Positions 27,696 to 37,671 of a DNA stretch of 64,000 bases are shown here, in pieces (position 1 is the first letter of the stretch; the number at the start of each line of letters is the position of its first letter). The stretch is from positions 2,562 to 66,561 of the forward strand of contig LCMS01000005.1 in NCBI GenBank assembly GCA_001002765.1, written 5' to 3'. The notes beneath the pieces are model-generated. The model did not search any database and was not told the origin of the DNA. It saw only the letters and a list, made by a program, of their open reading frames with translations. The stretch comes from Candidatus Uhrbacteria bacterium GW2011_GWE2_46_68. Lineage in GTDB: Bacteria; Patescibacteriota; Patescibacteriia; UBA9934; GWF2-40-263. The position numbers and the translations under genes are program-made.

Positions 27696-29009
27696 ATGAA
27701 AGAACGTTTTTTTGTCCGTGAACTCCCGGAACACTTAGGTCAAGAAGTCGTGGTTGCCGGTTGGTTGCATCGTCTGCGGGATCTCAATAAATTCGGATTT
27801 GCTATTCTTCGAGATCGTACCGGACTTGTGCAAGTGGTTTTGGATTCGACACAACTCGAGCAACTTAAAGGATTGCAACTGGAGACTGTGCTTAAAATCA
27901 CCGGAACGGTTGTGAAAAAACAAAGTAAGGATCCGCAGGCAGAAGAGGTGGAAGTGCAGGCAAAGATCATGGAAGTACTGTCTCCTGTCACTGATGTGCT
28001 TCCCATTGAAATCAACAAAGATGATGTGGAGGCACAGTTGGATTCTATTTTGGATCATCGTGTGACTACGCTTCGTAATCTCAAACAGCGTGCGATTTTT
28101 CGTGTGCAAGCAGCGTTGGTTCATGGATATCGCGCGTATATGGAGCGCCAAGGATTTACCGAGATTTTTTTTCCTGTTTTGGCCGGAGCGGCGAGCGAAG
28201 GTGGAGCAGAATTTTTTAAAGTGGATTATTACGGGCGTGAAGCCATGCTGACTCAGTCCGCACAGCTTTATAAACAAATGATGGTGGGAGTGTATGAGGG
28301 AGTGTATGGGCTTTCGTATTCGTTTCGTGCGGAAAAATTCGCCACTTCGCGGCACCTGACCGAGTTTAATCAATTTGAGTTTGAAGTGGGATTTGTTGAT
28401 GGGATGGAAGATATTATGGCGTATGCGGAAGCTTCATTGCGCGAAATGTTGGCAACCGTGGAGCGTGAAAATACATCTGAGCTCAAACTTTTGAACGTGA
28501 CTCTTCCTCCTTTGGGCGAACATTTTCCATGTGTGCGATTAAAAGAAGCTTTGCAGTTTTATAAAGAGGGGACTGGGATTGATGAGACAAAAGAACCCGA
28601 TCTTTCCCCTGCAGCGGAAAAATGGTTGTCTACCGTATGGGCGCCGCACACACATGGATCCGGATTTGTTTTTGTAACGCATTACCCAACATCCAAACGC
28701 CCGTTTTACACGGCGGTTGATCCGCAAAATTCCGAGGAGACCTTGAGTTTTGATTTGATTGGATTTGGTAGTGAAATTATTTCCGGAGGTTTGCGTGTGC
28801 ATCGGTACGATGAACAAGTGGCGCGATTGAAAGCGAAAGGATTAAATCCGGCCGATTTTGAAGATTATCTGGCCATGCACAAATACGGTATTCCTCCTGA
28901 GGGGGGATTTGGCATGGGGCTTCAGCGTTTGACACAAAATATTTTGGGATTAGCCAATATCAAGGAGGCGACGATTTTTCCTCGCGATGTCCAGCGCCTG
29001 CGGCCGTAA
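27696..29009 (+). CDS. aspS: Aspartyl-tRNA synthetase, archaeal/short type
   Basis: 437 aa; QSAQLYKQ and FRAEKFATSRHLTEF motifs; class II core; lacks the bacterial-type insertion domain. Confidence 0.7.
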   Translation: MKERFFVRELPEHLGQEVVVAGWLHRLRDLNKFGFAILRDRTGLVQVVLDSTQLEQLKGLQLETVLKITGTVVKKQSKDPQAEEVEVQAKIMEVLSPVTDVLPIEINKDDVEAQLDSILDHRVTTLRNLKQRAIFRVQAALVHGYRAYMERQGFTEIFFPVLAGAASEGGAEFFKVDYYGREAMLTQSAQLYKQMMVGVYEGVYGLSYSFRAEKFATSRHLTEFNQFEFEVGFVDGMEDIMAYAEASLREMLATVERENTSELKLLNVTLPPLGEHFPCVRLKEALQFYKEGTGIDETKEPDLSPAAEKWLSTVWAPHTHGSGFVFVTHYPTSKRPFYTAVDPQNSEETLSFDLIGFGSEIISGGLRVHRYDEQVARLKAKGLNPADFEDYLAMHKYGIPPEGGFGMGLQRLTQNILGLANIKEATIFPRDVQRLRP

Positions 29010-29018
29010 AAAAGCATT

Positions 29019-29714
29019 ATGGCTTTTGAAGTGAAACTTCCACAGTATTCCGGGCCCCTTCATGCCCTTCTTGATTTGATTACTCAGGAAAAACTTCCCA
29101 TTACCGAGGTTTCTTTGGCACAAGTTGCCGATACGTATGTCGCCTATGTGCAAGCGCAATCCGTTTCTCCCGAGGAGCTTGCGGATTTTCTCCTGATCGC
29201 GGCCAAGTTGCTCTATCTCAAGTCCCGTACCATTCTTCCCGATCTCCCCTGCGAAGCGGAAGAAGACCCTGGCGATTTAGTACGACAGTTAAAGATGTAT
29301 GAAGCATTTATCATCGCGTCCAAGGCTTTGGAAAAAATTTACCAATCTTCTTTACGTTCATTTGAACACATACGCATCCCATCCGTTATAGCATCGGATT
29401 TTTTTCCTCCTCCTTCGGTCACCTCATCAACCTTTATCCACGTCTACCAGCGATTACAAAAACGATTGGAACCCTGGTTGCGTTTGCGACGCGCTTCTTT
29501 GGAACGTATTGTTTCCGTTAAAGAACGCATTACTCATCTTCAAAATTTGTTGAAAGAGCGCGCGCGATTTTCTTTTGGAGACATGATGAAAGGTGCGACA
29601 AAAACCGATGTGGTCGTGAGCTTCCTTGCACTTTTGGAAATGCTGCGAGAGAAAACCGTTCACGTCACGCAACAGGATCCTTTTTGTGACATTGTGATTA
29701 AACGTTCGTCATAA
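29019..29714 (+). CDS. scpA: Segregation and condensation protein A
   Basis: 231 aa; typical ScpA N-terminus (LHALLDLI...), followed by scpB. Confidence 0.8.
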   Translation: MAFEVKLPQYSGPLHALLDLITQEKLPITEVSLAQVADTYVAYVQAQSVSPEELADFLLIAAKLLYLKSRTILPDLPCEAEEDPGDLVRQLKMYEAFIIASKALEKIYQSSLRSFEHIRIPSVIASDFFPPPSVTSSTFIHVYQRLQKRLEPWLRLRRASLERIVSVKERITHLQNLLKERARFSFGDMMKGATKTDVVVSFLALLEMLREKTVHVTQQDPFCDIVIKRSS

Positions 29715-29716
29715 AT

Positions 29717-30253
29717 ATGCTCACACGTACGATTGAGGCTCTCTTGTTTGCATCAGGAAAACCCATTGCTTTGACCACTCTTTCTAAACTTCTTCATATT
29801 TCCGCAGGAGAAGTGCAAGAAGCGCTCAAACAATTAAGTGAAATGCGCAATATTGATGCTTCAGGCATTCACATTTTGATACACGATGGAAAAGCACAGT
29901 ACGTGACTCATCCGCAAGAAGGGGAGATTGTGCAATCATTTTTGAAAGAAGAAGTGAGTGGGGAATTGACCCAACCTTCTTTGGAAACACTCACCATCAT
30001 TGCGTATCGCGGGCCGATCACCAAACCGGAAATAGAGCAGATTCGTGGTGTGAATTGTAGTTTGATTTTACGCAATCTTTTGATACGCGGACTTATCGAA
30101 GAAAAAGAAGACAAACAACGCTTACAAAACACCTACACCATTTCTTTTGATTTTCTTCGACATTTGGGAGCGGATCGTGTAGAAGAGTTGCCACAATATT
30201 CTGATCTGCATACCGATGAGGTTGTCGGACAATTGATCCAAGAAACTTTTTAG
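29717..30253 (+). CDS. scpB: Segregation and condensation protein B
   Basis: 178 aa; twin winged-helix; IIAYRGPITKPEIEQIRGV. Confidence 0.8.
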   Translation: MLTRTIEALLFASGKPIALTTLSKLLHISAGEVQEALKQLSEMRNIDASGIHILIHDGKAQYVTHPQEGEIVQSFLKEEVSGELTQPSLETLTIIAYRGPITKPEIEQIRGVNCSLILRNLLIRGLIEEKEDKQRLQNTYTISFDFLRHLGADRVEELPQYSDLHTDEVVGQLIQETF

Positions 30254-30257
30254 CCTT

Positions 30258-31232
30258 ATGATTTTTCGTTTGATTGCCCAAGTGATGCTTTCCACTGTAT
30301 TTTTTCACCTTCTTCCCTATGATGGAGAAGTCGTGGAAAAGTTAGCGATCAATGCGAAAGATTTTGATCGCACCCTATTTGCTGTGGAAGAATCTTTAGG
30401 CGGAGACGAACCGCATTTACCCAAGGCTCTTTTTGTTCACAATCCTCCCACTCGTGTACATCCGACCAGTGTGGGAGTTATCACCACGGCTGTGAGCGCA
30501 TTTGTTTTGGATCGCGCAACACGGACACCTCTTTTTGAAAAAAATATTGATGAATCACGTTCGATCGGGAGCATCACCAAACTCATGACCGCCTATGTTT
30601 TTTTGGAAACAACTCCTAGTCTCGATGCTCTGGTCACGATCGACATAAAAGATGTGCGTCTGGGAGGAACGCAACATTTGACCGTGGGGGATCCTGTCAC
30701 GATCCGCGATCTTCTCAAAGCGAGTTTGGTGGGAAGTGATAATTCCGCCACGGCCGCACTTGCGCGACTTTCCGGCACGACCGAAGGAGATTTTGTCGCA
30801 CGGATGAATGAGGTGGCTGCGGAAATCGGCATGGAACGCACCACATTTGCGGACACGACCGGACTGTCACAAGACAACCGTTCCATTGTGTCTGATTTGG
30901 CGCTCATGCTCGATCATATTTTGCAAAATGAAACGATCCGCACCATCACTCAGCAACCTTTTGTGACGATTGCGAGTACTTCAGGTTCTCTCTATACCGT
31001 GGAAAGTACGGACGATCTTCTTCATTCTTTTTTAAATCAACCTCCCTACGCTATCGTAGGAGGGAAGACCGGGTATTTGCCCGAGGCGGGGTATTGCCTT
31101 GGGACGATTTTTTCCGAAGATGGGGGGCATGAGATTATTGTGGTGGTTTTGGGATCTGAGACCGATCAAAGTCGTTTTCAAGATGTGAAATCTTTGGCCG
31201 CGTGGACGTATAAAGTATACGACTGGTTATGA
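30258..31232 (+). CDS. Serine-type D-Ala-D-Ala carboxypeptidase (peptidase S11 / PBP5-like)
   Basis: SITK (SxxK), SDNS (SxN), KTGY (KTG) motifs in the correct order and spacing. Confidence 0.8.
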   Translation: MIFRLIAQVMLSTVFFHLLPYDGEVVEKLAINAKDFDRTLFAVEESLGGDEPHLPKALFVHNPPTRVHPTSVGVITTAVSAFVLDRATRTPLFEKNIDESRSIGSITKLMTAYVFLETTPSLDALVTIDIKDVRLGGTQHLTVGDPVTIRDLLKASLVGSDNSATAALARLSGTTEGDFVARMNEVAAEIGMERTTFADTTGLSQDNRSIVSDLALMLDHILQNETIRTITQQPFVTIASTSGSLYTVESTDDLLHSFLNQPPYAIVGGKTGYLPEAGYCLGTIFSEDGGHEIIVVVLGSETDQSRFQDVKSLAAWTYKVYDWL

Positions 31233-31738
31233 TAGACATTCTTCTTTCTTGGGTTTCGGGCATTGCTGTTTATTCGCCTGATATGGCCACAGCTTTGTTA
31301 GCTGCTTTGCCGGTGACGGAATTGCGTTTATCCATTCCTCTTGGCATGCAGATTTTTGATTTGTCCCTTTCCCGATCTTTTATCGTTTCTATTGTAGGGA
31401 ATGCAGTTCCTGTTTTTATTCTTTTGTATGCGGCACCCCTCTTTGTTTTTTTCCGCCGCCATTGCAGATGGTTTGAACTTTGGTATGTAAAGACGGTTTT
31501 ACGTCTGGAGGAAAAACATCGGGCTTCTTATCAGCGTTACGGAGCTATTTTTCTTTTCATTTTTACAGCGATCCCCTTGCCAGGATCAGGAGTGTGGAGC
31601 GCATGCCTATTGGCGATTATTTTTGACATGAAACGTCGTGCGGCAATGCCGGCTATTTTGGGAGGTATGATCGCAGCCGGGGTGATTGTTTCTTTGATGC
31701 TTGGAGGCGTTCTTAAAGGGTTTTCTTTTTTATTATGA
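31229..31738 (+). CDS. Small integral membrane protein (169 aa, 4 predicted TM)
   Basis: Hydrophobic segments; overlaps neighbouring genes by 4 nt, suggesting an operon. Confidence 0.5.
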   Translation: MIDILLSWVSGIAVYSPDMATALLAALPVTELRLSIPLGMQIFDLSLSRSFIVSIVGNAVPVFILLYAAPLFVFFRRHCRWFELWYVKTVLRLEEKHRASYQRYGAIFLFIFTAIPLPGSGVWSACLLAIIFDMKRRAAMPAILGGMIAAGVIVSLMLGGVLKGFSFLL

Positions 31739-32898
31739 AAATCGCGGTAGATGCCATAAATATTTGTGATGTACACGGAGGGGAAGGGGCAGGGATTGAA
31801 CACTACACTCGCTCCATCCTTGCGCATTTGATTTGTGCATATCCGGAAGTCACTTTTATCTTAGCTGTTCCTGATCCGTTTACATCAGAGGTTGCCAAGT
31901 CTTTTGTCCCCGGGGCAAAAAATGTACGTTATCTACGGCCGTTTTTTTCCAAGGTACCTTTCTTTTCTCGTCACATTTTTCTTCCCTTATTGTTGCGTTG
32001 TTATTCTTCAGTTTTGTTTTGTCCCTCGGGTCAGATTCCTTTTGGATGGCTGGGGAGATCGGTTATCACCGTTCACGATTTGACGATTTTGGAACATCCC
32101 GAGTGGTTTGCCGATGTGGGCTCACAAGATTTTTCCACACACGTCGTAGTACCGAGGAGTATAAAAAGAGCGGATACCATCCTTGCTGTCTCACAAGCAA
32201 CACAATGTCAAATCGAACGGTTGTTTCCTCTTGCAACAGAAAAGATACAAGTCGTGCATGAGGGTGTGTGCTTGCCTTCAAATATTTCAAAGTCGATTGA
32301 GACCTTTCCTTACGATCGCGAGTACGTGCTTTTTCTTGGAACTTTGGAACCGCGCAAAAATCTCGTGACAGCGATAAAAGCGTTCGATGCCTTTCTCACC
32401 AATCACCCAGAACAAGCGACACATATTCGTTTTATTTTGGCAGGGAAATTCGGATGGGGAGCGGAACCTATCGAAGAAGCAGCCAATCGTGTGAATGCCA
32501 AATGGCAATTTGTAGAACCTCAAGGTGTGGTGCAAGCGCTTGGTATGGTAAGCGAAGAGGAGAAGTGGCGATTACTTTCTTGTGCTTCCGTTTTTCTTTT
32601 TCCTTCTTTGTACGAAGGGTTTGGATTGCCGATTTTGGAAGCCATGAGTGTGGGTACACCCGTGATTGCAACGACACAAGGTGCGTTGTCTGAAATTGGA
32701 GGCGATGCGGTTTTGTCCGTGGATCCGATGGATCAAGAACAAATATCTTTTGCAATCGCGCAATGTTTACTTGTTCCCGAGGGGGCAGAAGAATTACGGA
32801 AAGCGGGAAAGGAACAAGTAAAAAAATTCACTTGGGAGCGGACGGCAAAAGAAACCATGGAAGCAATTCAAAAGGCGGCGATAAAAAAGAAAACATAA
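31735..32898 (+). CDS. Glycosyltransferase family 4 (GT-B fold)
   Basis: EGFGLPILEAMSVGTPVIAT (E-x7-E motif region) is typical of GT4. Confidence 0.8.
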   Translation: MKIAVDAINICDVHGGEGAGIEHYTRSILAHLICAYPEVTFILAVPDPFTSEVAKSFVPGAKNVRYLRPFFSKVPFFSRHIFLPLLLRCYSSVLFCPSGQIPFGWLGRSVITVHDLTILEHPEWFADVGSQDFSTHVVVPRSIKRADTILAVSQATQCQIERLFPLATEKIQVVHEGVCLPSNISKSIETFPYDREYVLFLGTLEPRKNLVTAIKAFDAFLTNHPEQATHIRFILAGKFGWGAEPIEEAANRVNAKWQFVEPQGVVQALGMVSEEEKWRLLSCASVFLFPSLYEGFGLPILEAMSVGTPVIATTQGALSEIGGDAVLSVDPMDQEQISFAIAQCLLVPEGAEELRKAGKEQVKKFTWERTAKETMEAIQKAAIKKKT

Positions 32899-32901
32899 AA
32901 G

Positions 32902-32926
32902 CGCTCCGAGGGGAGCGCTTTTTGGA
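32902..32926. terminator. Bidirectional terminator AGCGCTCC-GAGG-GGAGCGCT plus TTTTT
   Basis: Perfect 8-bp inverted repeat between convergent genes. Confidence 0.6.
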
Positions 32927-32927
32927 A

Positions 32928-33422
32928 TCAGAGTTTTGTTTGAAGATAAGCGATAATGACCATTTGTGCCAGGAGCGAATAATAGAGCGGTACATCTCCG
33001 CGTTTGCGGATAAGAAGATCATGAAAGAAAAAATGCAGGCGATAGTTCCAGCGCAATAGACGAGAATGAGTAAGATCATAGAGACCGACCAATAGATCGG
33101 GAAGAATAGCGCCCACAATTCCCCAGGTAAAGGTGCGCATGCTTTCGATGTCGCGTGTATTGGCAAGGAGCAAGACAAAGAAAATAGCCACACAAGCATC
33201 CACCATGAGAAAGGCGGCAATTTCTTTACGCTTCTTTTTTTTGACGCGAAAATTTTCGGATAGTCGATTATCTCCATGAGGGACAATATCAACAAGATAA
33301 TGCGTGGCAAATCCCAAGGCAAAGGCTAAGAGGGGATTTCCTGTCATTTTTGCCAGTACTGCACCGATAAAGGTGTGGGTCGTGAGAGTCATAACTAGTA
33401 GACAGTATACCGCGTTTTTCAT
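32928..33422 (-). CDS. Membrane protein, possible metal-dependent membrane hydrolase (YdjM-like)
   Basis: 164 aa; multiple TM segments; conserved His/Asp positions; weak assignment. Confidence 0.4.
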   Translation of the reverse strand: MKNAVYCLLVMTLTTHTFIGAVLAKMTGNPLLAFALGFATHYLVDIVPHGDNRLSENFRVKKKKRKEIAAFLMVDACVAIFFVLLLANTRDIESMRTFTWGIVGAILPDLLVGLYDLTHSRLLRWNYRLHFFFHDLLIRKRGDVPLYYSLLAQMVIIAYLQTKL

Positions 33423-33474
33423 AACGAAAAAACCCCGCCGTGTGCGAGGTTTATATGCCTAGGGCATAGTATTG

Positions 33475-35244
33475 TTACTTTTCTCCGGAGGAATCCTTTG
33501 CCAAAAAGGAGAGAAGATCAAAGTCGGTCATGGTGACCACAGAGTCTTGCGTTTGAGTGAACGAAATGAGGACTTGTTCACCTTCACGTGAGATCGCCAG
33601 CTCTGGTGAGACACTGACCGTTCCTGTGAAAATCGTTCGATCTTCATCATTCAATGTGAGATAGAAAACGGTTTCCCCGTTTACGACCACAGGGGAGATG
33701 CGATGGATCGTTCCCGTGGCGATTTGATCCTCGCCCGTTGGGCTTGGATCAATCACACTTCCACTGTCTTGAAGCATCTTGCGATACTCCGCAAGAGCCG
33801 CATGTTTATCCGCGCCCAAAGCGACCATGCCATTGGACCCGCGTACGATCGCAATCTTTTGAATGATGCCATCTTGTGAAAGCACCGGGACAACCCAAGC
33901 GAGTTCCCCATAAATGTTGTAGGGGATCGGTTCCACACCGCGATAGCCTCGGAAGTTTGAAACCGCGGCATTGACCGCACGAATGACTCCCTGTTCATCC
34001 GGACCAGAGGCAGAATAGTAGTGGGTGAATCCTGTGCGGGAATCCATGAGCGCGATGCCAACCAAGGATTGATCCGTGGATTGAACGCTCGTAAACCCGG
34101 TAAACCAGGTGGCATTCCCCTGCGCGTCCCAGACGAGTTGGACATCCTTTTTTCTCAATGCATCTGAAGTCGGAACATTGACATCAAGGTTGGCGCCAAA
34201 GGGCAAACCATTCCAAAATCCATGAACATATTTGCCCCACCAAGTGAGGCGAGAAATTGCCAAGGAACATGGTACTTCACGATCAACCCAGGCGGGTACA
34301 TCTTTTCCGATTTTTTCTTCTACCTTTCCGGTTTCCGGATCGACAAGAAGGATGCCGTCCACACGGTCTCCGCTCCAGAAGATGGTCGGAGTGTAGAGAG
34401 TGGCCGTGAACCATGGATGACCTCCGTCGTCAATCTCAAAGGTGAAATCCGTGACGCCGTGGAATTGGTATCCTTGGGAGTACACATGACGCTCAAGATC
34501 GTGGCCAAAGTATGCACTTTCCATATAGGCCATTTGCAGACCTTCCACAATCTTTCCCGGGTCAGTGGGATTTTCCGCTGAGATCATGATATAGGCCGGT
34601 GAGGTCTGTGCCTTGCGCCAGCGCCAGAAACCGGAGAATTCGAGAGGGGCGACCCAGACCAGCTCATCTTGATACTTCTGGATGGTGTAATCACCAATCT
34701 CATATCTGCTTCCAAGGGAATCTCTTGATTGACCAAGGATTTTGTTTCCCTTCCACTGCGCATATTCCAGAGGAACGGTGCGGATATGGGCGGGGTCAAT
34801 GGCTGAAAAACTATCGGTCCATGTGCTTGTGGTGTTGATGTGATCGCTTACAAATGCACGCATTTCCTCATGCCTGAACATACCAGAGCTTAGGCCAAAG
34901 GTGAGGGTCAATAGGGTGCAGAAGGAGAGCATGGTCGCGATCGCGGATCGACTTGTTCTGGTATAGGTATACTTGCTATATCCCACGCGATCGTTTTCAA
35001 TTGCGTCCAATATGGCGCAGAAGATGAAATTGAAAACCATTGCCAATGAGATCAAAAGGATCAGGAAAGGGCCTCCCAGGGTCCCAACAAAATTCATAGG
35101 GATGAGGAGAATGATGGTGGTCCACAGCAGGGTTTGACCCAAGGTGAGCAGCGCCCACTTTTTGGCAAAGCCGCGTTGACCCAGGTCAAAGGGGAGCGAA
35201 CCGATGATGCCGATGAGAAGACCCAGAAGAACAGTGTTTGTCAT
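33475..35244 (-). CDS. Large membrane-anchored protein (about 590 aa from MTNTVLLG; the ORF opens at 35316) with N-terminal multi-TM region and large extracytoplasmic domain
   Basis: Hydrophobic N-terminal helices; no recognisable catalytic motifs; putative promoter TTGACT-16nt-TATTCT at about 35350-35385. Confidence 0.5.
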   Translation of the reverse strand: MTNTVLLGLLIGIIGSLPFDLGQRGFAKKWALLTLGQTLLWTTIILLIPMNFVGTLGGPFLILLISLAMVFNFIFCAILDAIENDRVGYSKYTYTRTSRSAIATMLSFCTLLTLTFGLSSGMFRHEEMRAFVSDHINTTSTWTDSFSAIDPAHIRTVPLEYAQWKGNKILGQSRDSLGSRYEIGDYTIQKYQDELVWVAPLEFSGFWRWRKAQTSPAYIMISAENPTDPGKIVEGLQMAYMESAYFGHDLERHVYSQGYQFHGVTDFTFEIDDGGHPWFTATLYTPTIFWSGDRVDGILLVDPETGKVEEKIGKDVPAWVDREVPCSLAISRLTWWGKYVHGFWNGLPFGANLDVNVPTSDALRKKDVQLVWDAQGNATWFTGFTSVQSTDQSLVGIALMDSRTGFTHYYSASGPDEQGVIRAVNAAVSNFRGYRGVEPIPYNIYGELAWVVPVLSQDGIIQKIAIVRGSNGMVALGADKHAALAEYRKMLQDSGSVIDPSPTGEDQIATGTIHRISPVVVNGETVFYLTLNDEDRTIFTGTVSVSPELAISREGEQVLISFTQTQDSVVTMTDFDLLSFLAKDSSGEK

Positions 35245-35450
35245 GGTTTCCTCGCTTGGAAGAGCAGAAGGCCCTCTGGTTTTGATGAGGGTGTTGGAGG
35301 TGAAAAGAACCGCCATTCTCCCAGACAGGAGAAGACGTTCTAGAATAGCAAAAATGACGGGAAAGTCAACGATTTCGTGGCAGAATAGGCGTTTTTTATT
35401 GGGTTTCCTTGGCTGCTTTAGGAAAAACTGCTACCATAATTCTCACAAAT

Positions 35451-35537
35451 GCCGGGATGGCGGAATTGGTATACGCGTTGGACTCAAAATCCAATGATGG
35501 CAACGTCGTGAGGGTTCGACTCCCTCTCCCGGCACCA
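35451..35537 (+). tRNA. tRNA-Leu (anticodon CAA), long variable arm, CCA encoded
   Basis: Acceptor GCCGGGA/TCCCGGC, anticodon loop CTCAAAA, T-arm GGGTTCGACTCCC. Confidence 0.85.
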
Positions 35538-35765
35538 AAACTGACTTGTTTGGAAGTGATTGCTTCGACTGTTGTTGAAGCTATGAAGGGCAGGCCATTT
35601 GGCTTGTTATGCGGATAGTCGGAGTGAAGAATGTCCTACTGAAGTTTCCGTCATTAGCGTGGACGAAAGGGGGCTCTGAAATTGTTTCTCCCTCAGAGCT
35701 TTCCATTACGGTCTCATCAGAGCAGAAAAAATGAAGATGAAGTATAAGATCGGGAATCAAAAAAT

Positions 35766-35795
35766 ACCGGCATACGCTGGTATTTTTGTTTGAGA
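35766..35795. terminator. Hairpin AATACCGGC-ATAC-GCTGGTATT flanked by A/T runs; terminator for gpmI (minus)
   Basis: Seen directly in sequence. Confidence 0.5.
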
Positions 35796-35798
35796 TTT

Positions 35799-37379
35799 TT
35801 AGAGCAAGTGTGTTCCTGTCATCTCTGGAGGGAGAGGGAGACCTGCTAACGTGAGAAGGGTGGGAGCGACATCAGAGAGAATACCAACAGGAGGAATCAG
35901 GGACAAGTCGGTTTGTGCAAGATCAGGATTTGGTTTGCCATCATAGGCGTCACCCGCCACGATAAAGGGAACCGGATACATATTATGTTCTTTATCGATC
36001 GCACCAGTGATAGGGTTTACAAGTTCCTCCGCATTTCCGTGATCCGCCAAGATACAAGCCGTGCCATGTTGTTTGAGAATTTCAGGAATGATTTTTGAAA
36101 GACACAGATCCACGGCTTCCACAGCTTTGACGGTTGCAGACAGATTCCCCGTATGTCCCACCATATCAGGATTGGCATAGTTGATCGCGTAAAAATCATG
36201 AGATCCAAGTGCCAAAGATTTGAGGATATGAGCCGTGACTTCAAAAGCTGACATCTCCGGTTTTTGATCATAAGAAGGAACAGAAGGAGAGGGGACGAGG
36301 ATCCGTTCTTCTCCTGCAAAGGATTGTTCCACCATACCGTTTAAGAAAAACGTGACATGGGCGTATTTTTCGGTTTCCGCGATATGGAGTTGAGTTAATC
36401 CTTCCTCACTAAAAATTTTCGCCAGAGGATTTTGGATGATCTCCACAGGGAACAAGACATCCACGGGTAAATTTTTTTCATATTCCGTAAACGTGATCAT
36501 CTTGAGATTGGAAAATGTTTTTGTACGGACATGTTTGAATGAGGGGGTGGCCAGAGCTTGTGTGAGTTCGCGCGCGCGATCCGCTCGGAAGTTAAAAAAG
36601 AGAATCGTATCACCATCTTCCACCGTTGCCAGCGGTTGTCCTTCATGGTCCACGATCACCACAGGTTCCATTTCTTCGTCAAACACCTGTTGGGCATAAG
36701 AATTTTTAATAGCATCTACAGGGTCCCGAGAGGTGAGAGAAGATTGTCCAAGAACAATGGCATCATAAGCTTTTTGAATCCGATCCCAAGAACGGTTGCG
36801 ATCCATACCAAAAAACCGTCCACCCACGCTGGCCACCTCACCCGCTTTTATCTTTTTACAGGAGCCAAGAAGATCTTCCATAAACTGTGCACCAATATCT
36901 TTGGCCGTATCTCGACCATCAGTAAACGCATGGATAAAAGTTTGTTTACCGATTTTTTCTTTTCGACAAAATTCCAGAAGCGCAAGGAGATGTGATTGAG
37001 AAGCGTGCACGCCGCCGTTTCCGATAAGACCAATCAAGTGCAATTTTTTTCCTGACTCGCGCACACGTCTCGCCGCTTCCAAAAGGAGTGGCATCTCAAA
37101 AAGACTTTTGTCCGCAATGGCTTTATCGATGCGTGGCAAACTTTGATATCGCAAAATGCCGGACCCGATGGTCGTATGTCCTACCTCAGAGTTTCCCACT
37201 TCCCCTTGCGGCAGACCGACATTCATACCAGACGCTTGCAAAAGCATGGTGGGGTATCGTTTGAGCAAACTGTCAAAAAAAGGTTTATGCGCGACGGAGA
37301 TCGCATTCGTTGGGGAAGGAGGAGCGATCCCGAATCCATCCAAAATAATGAGTGCAAGAGGACGTTTGATCGAAGGCAT
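35799..37379 (-). CDS. gpmI: 2,3-bisphosphoglycerate-independent phosphoglycerate mutase
   Basis: 526 aa; ILDGFG N-terminus; iPGM family motifs. Confidence 0.9.
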   Translation of the reverse strand: MPSIKRPLALIILDGFGIAPPSPTNAISVAHKPFFDSLLKRYPTMLLQASGMNVGLPQGEVGNSEVGHTTIGSGILRYQSLPRIDKAIADKSLFEMPLLLEAARRVRESGKKLHLIGLIGNGGVHASQSHLLALLEFCRKEKIGKQTFIHAFTDGRDTAKDIGAQFMEDLLGSCKKIKAGEVASVGGRFFGMDRNRSWDRIQKAYDAIVLGQSSLTSRDPVDAIKNSYAQQVFDEEMEPVVIVDHEGQPLATVEDGDTILFFNFRADRARELTQALATPSFKHVRTKTFSNLKMITFTEYEKNLPVDVLFPVEIIQNPLAKIFSEEGLTQLHIAETEKYAHVTFFLNGMVEQSFAGEERILVPSPSVPSYDQKPEMSAFEVTAHILKSLALGSHDFYAINYANPDMVGHTGNLSATVKAVEAVDLCLSKIIPEILKQHGTACILADHGNAEELVNPITGAIDKEHNMYPVPFIVAGDAYDGKPNPDLAQTDLSLIPPVGILSDVAPTLLTLAGLPLPPEMTGTHLL

Positions 37380-37385
37380 AAAAAA

Positions 37386-37619
37386 TTAGCAGGAGGCCTC
37401 CTCCATTATTTCTTTTATTTTTTTCGTCAGTTCCACAAGACTCGTGTGTAGTTGTTTTTGTTTGTAAGGATCCTGTTCTTGCTCAAGCTTTACGATATCC
37501 ATGTTATAGTTGTAGATGAGTGGAGTGATAAGTGGAAGGAGACAAGCCTTTTTTTCCTGATCTGTGATTGCGTATTCCTCAAAGAACATTTCAATGGATT
37601 TTTGTGTAAGCGCGCTCAT
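37386..37619 (-). CDS. Small hypothetical protein (about 78 aa; longer ORF to 37772 overlaps xth)
   Basis: ORF only; coiled-coil-like charged sequence. Confidence 0.3.
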   Translation of the reverse strand: MSALTQKSIEMFFEEYAITDQEKKACLLPLITPLIYNYNMDIVKLEQEQDPYKQKQLHTSLVELTKKIKEIMEEASC

Positions 37620-37671
37620 AGAATTTTGTGACAATAGAGTAATATAATGACTATAGTATACCTTTGTTTTT

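Noticed and set aside
35409-35618. ORF 35409..35618 (+)
   Set aside because: It overlaps the tRNA-Leu gene and is an artefact of translating a structural RNA.
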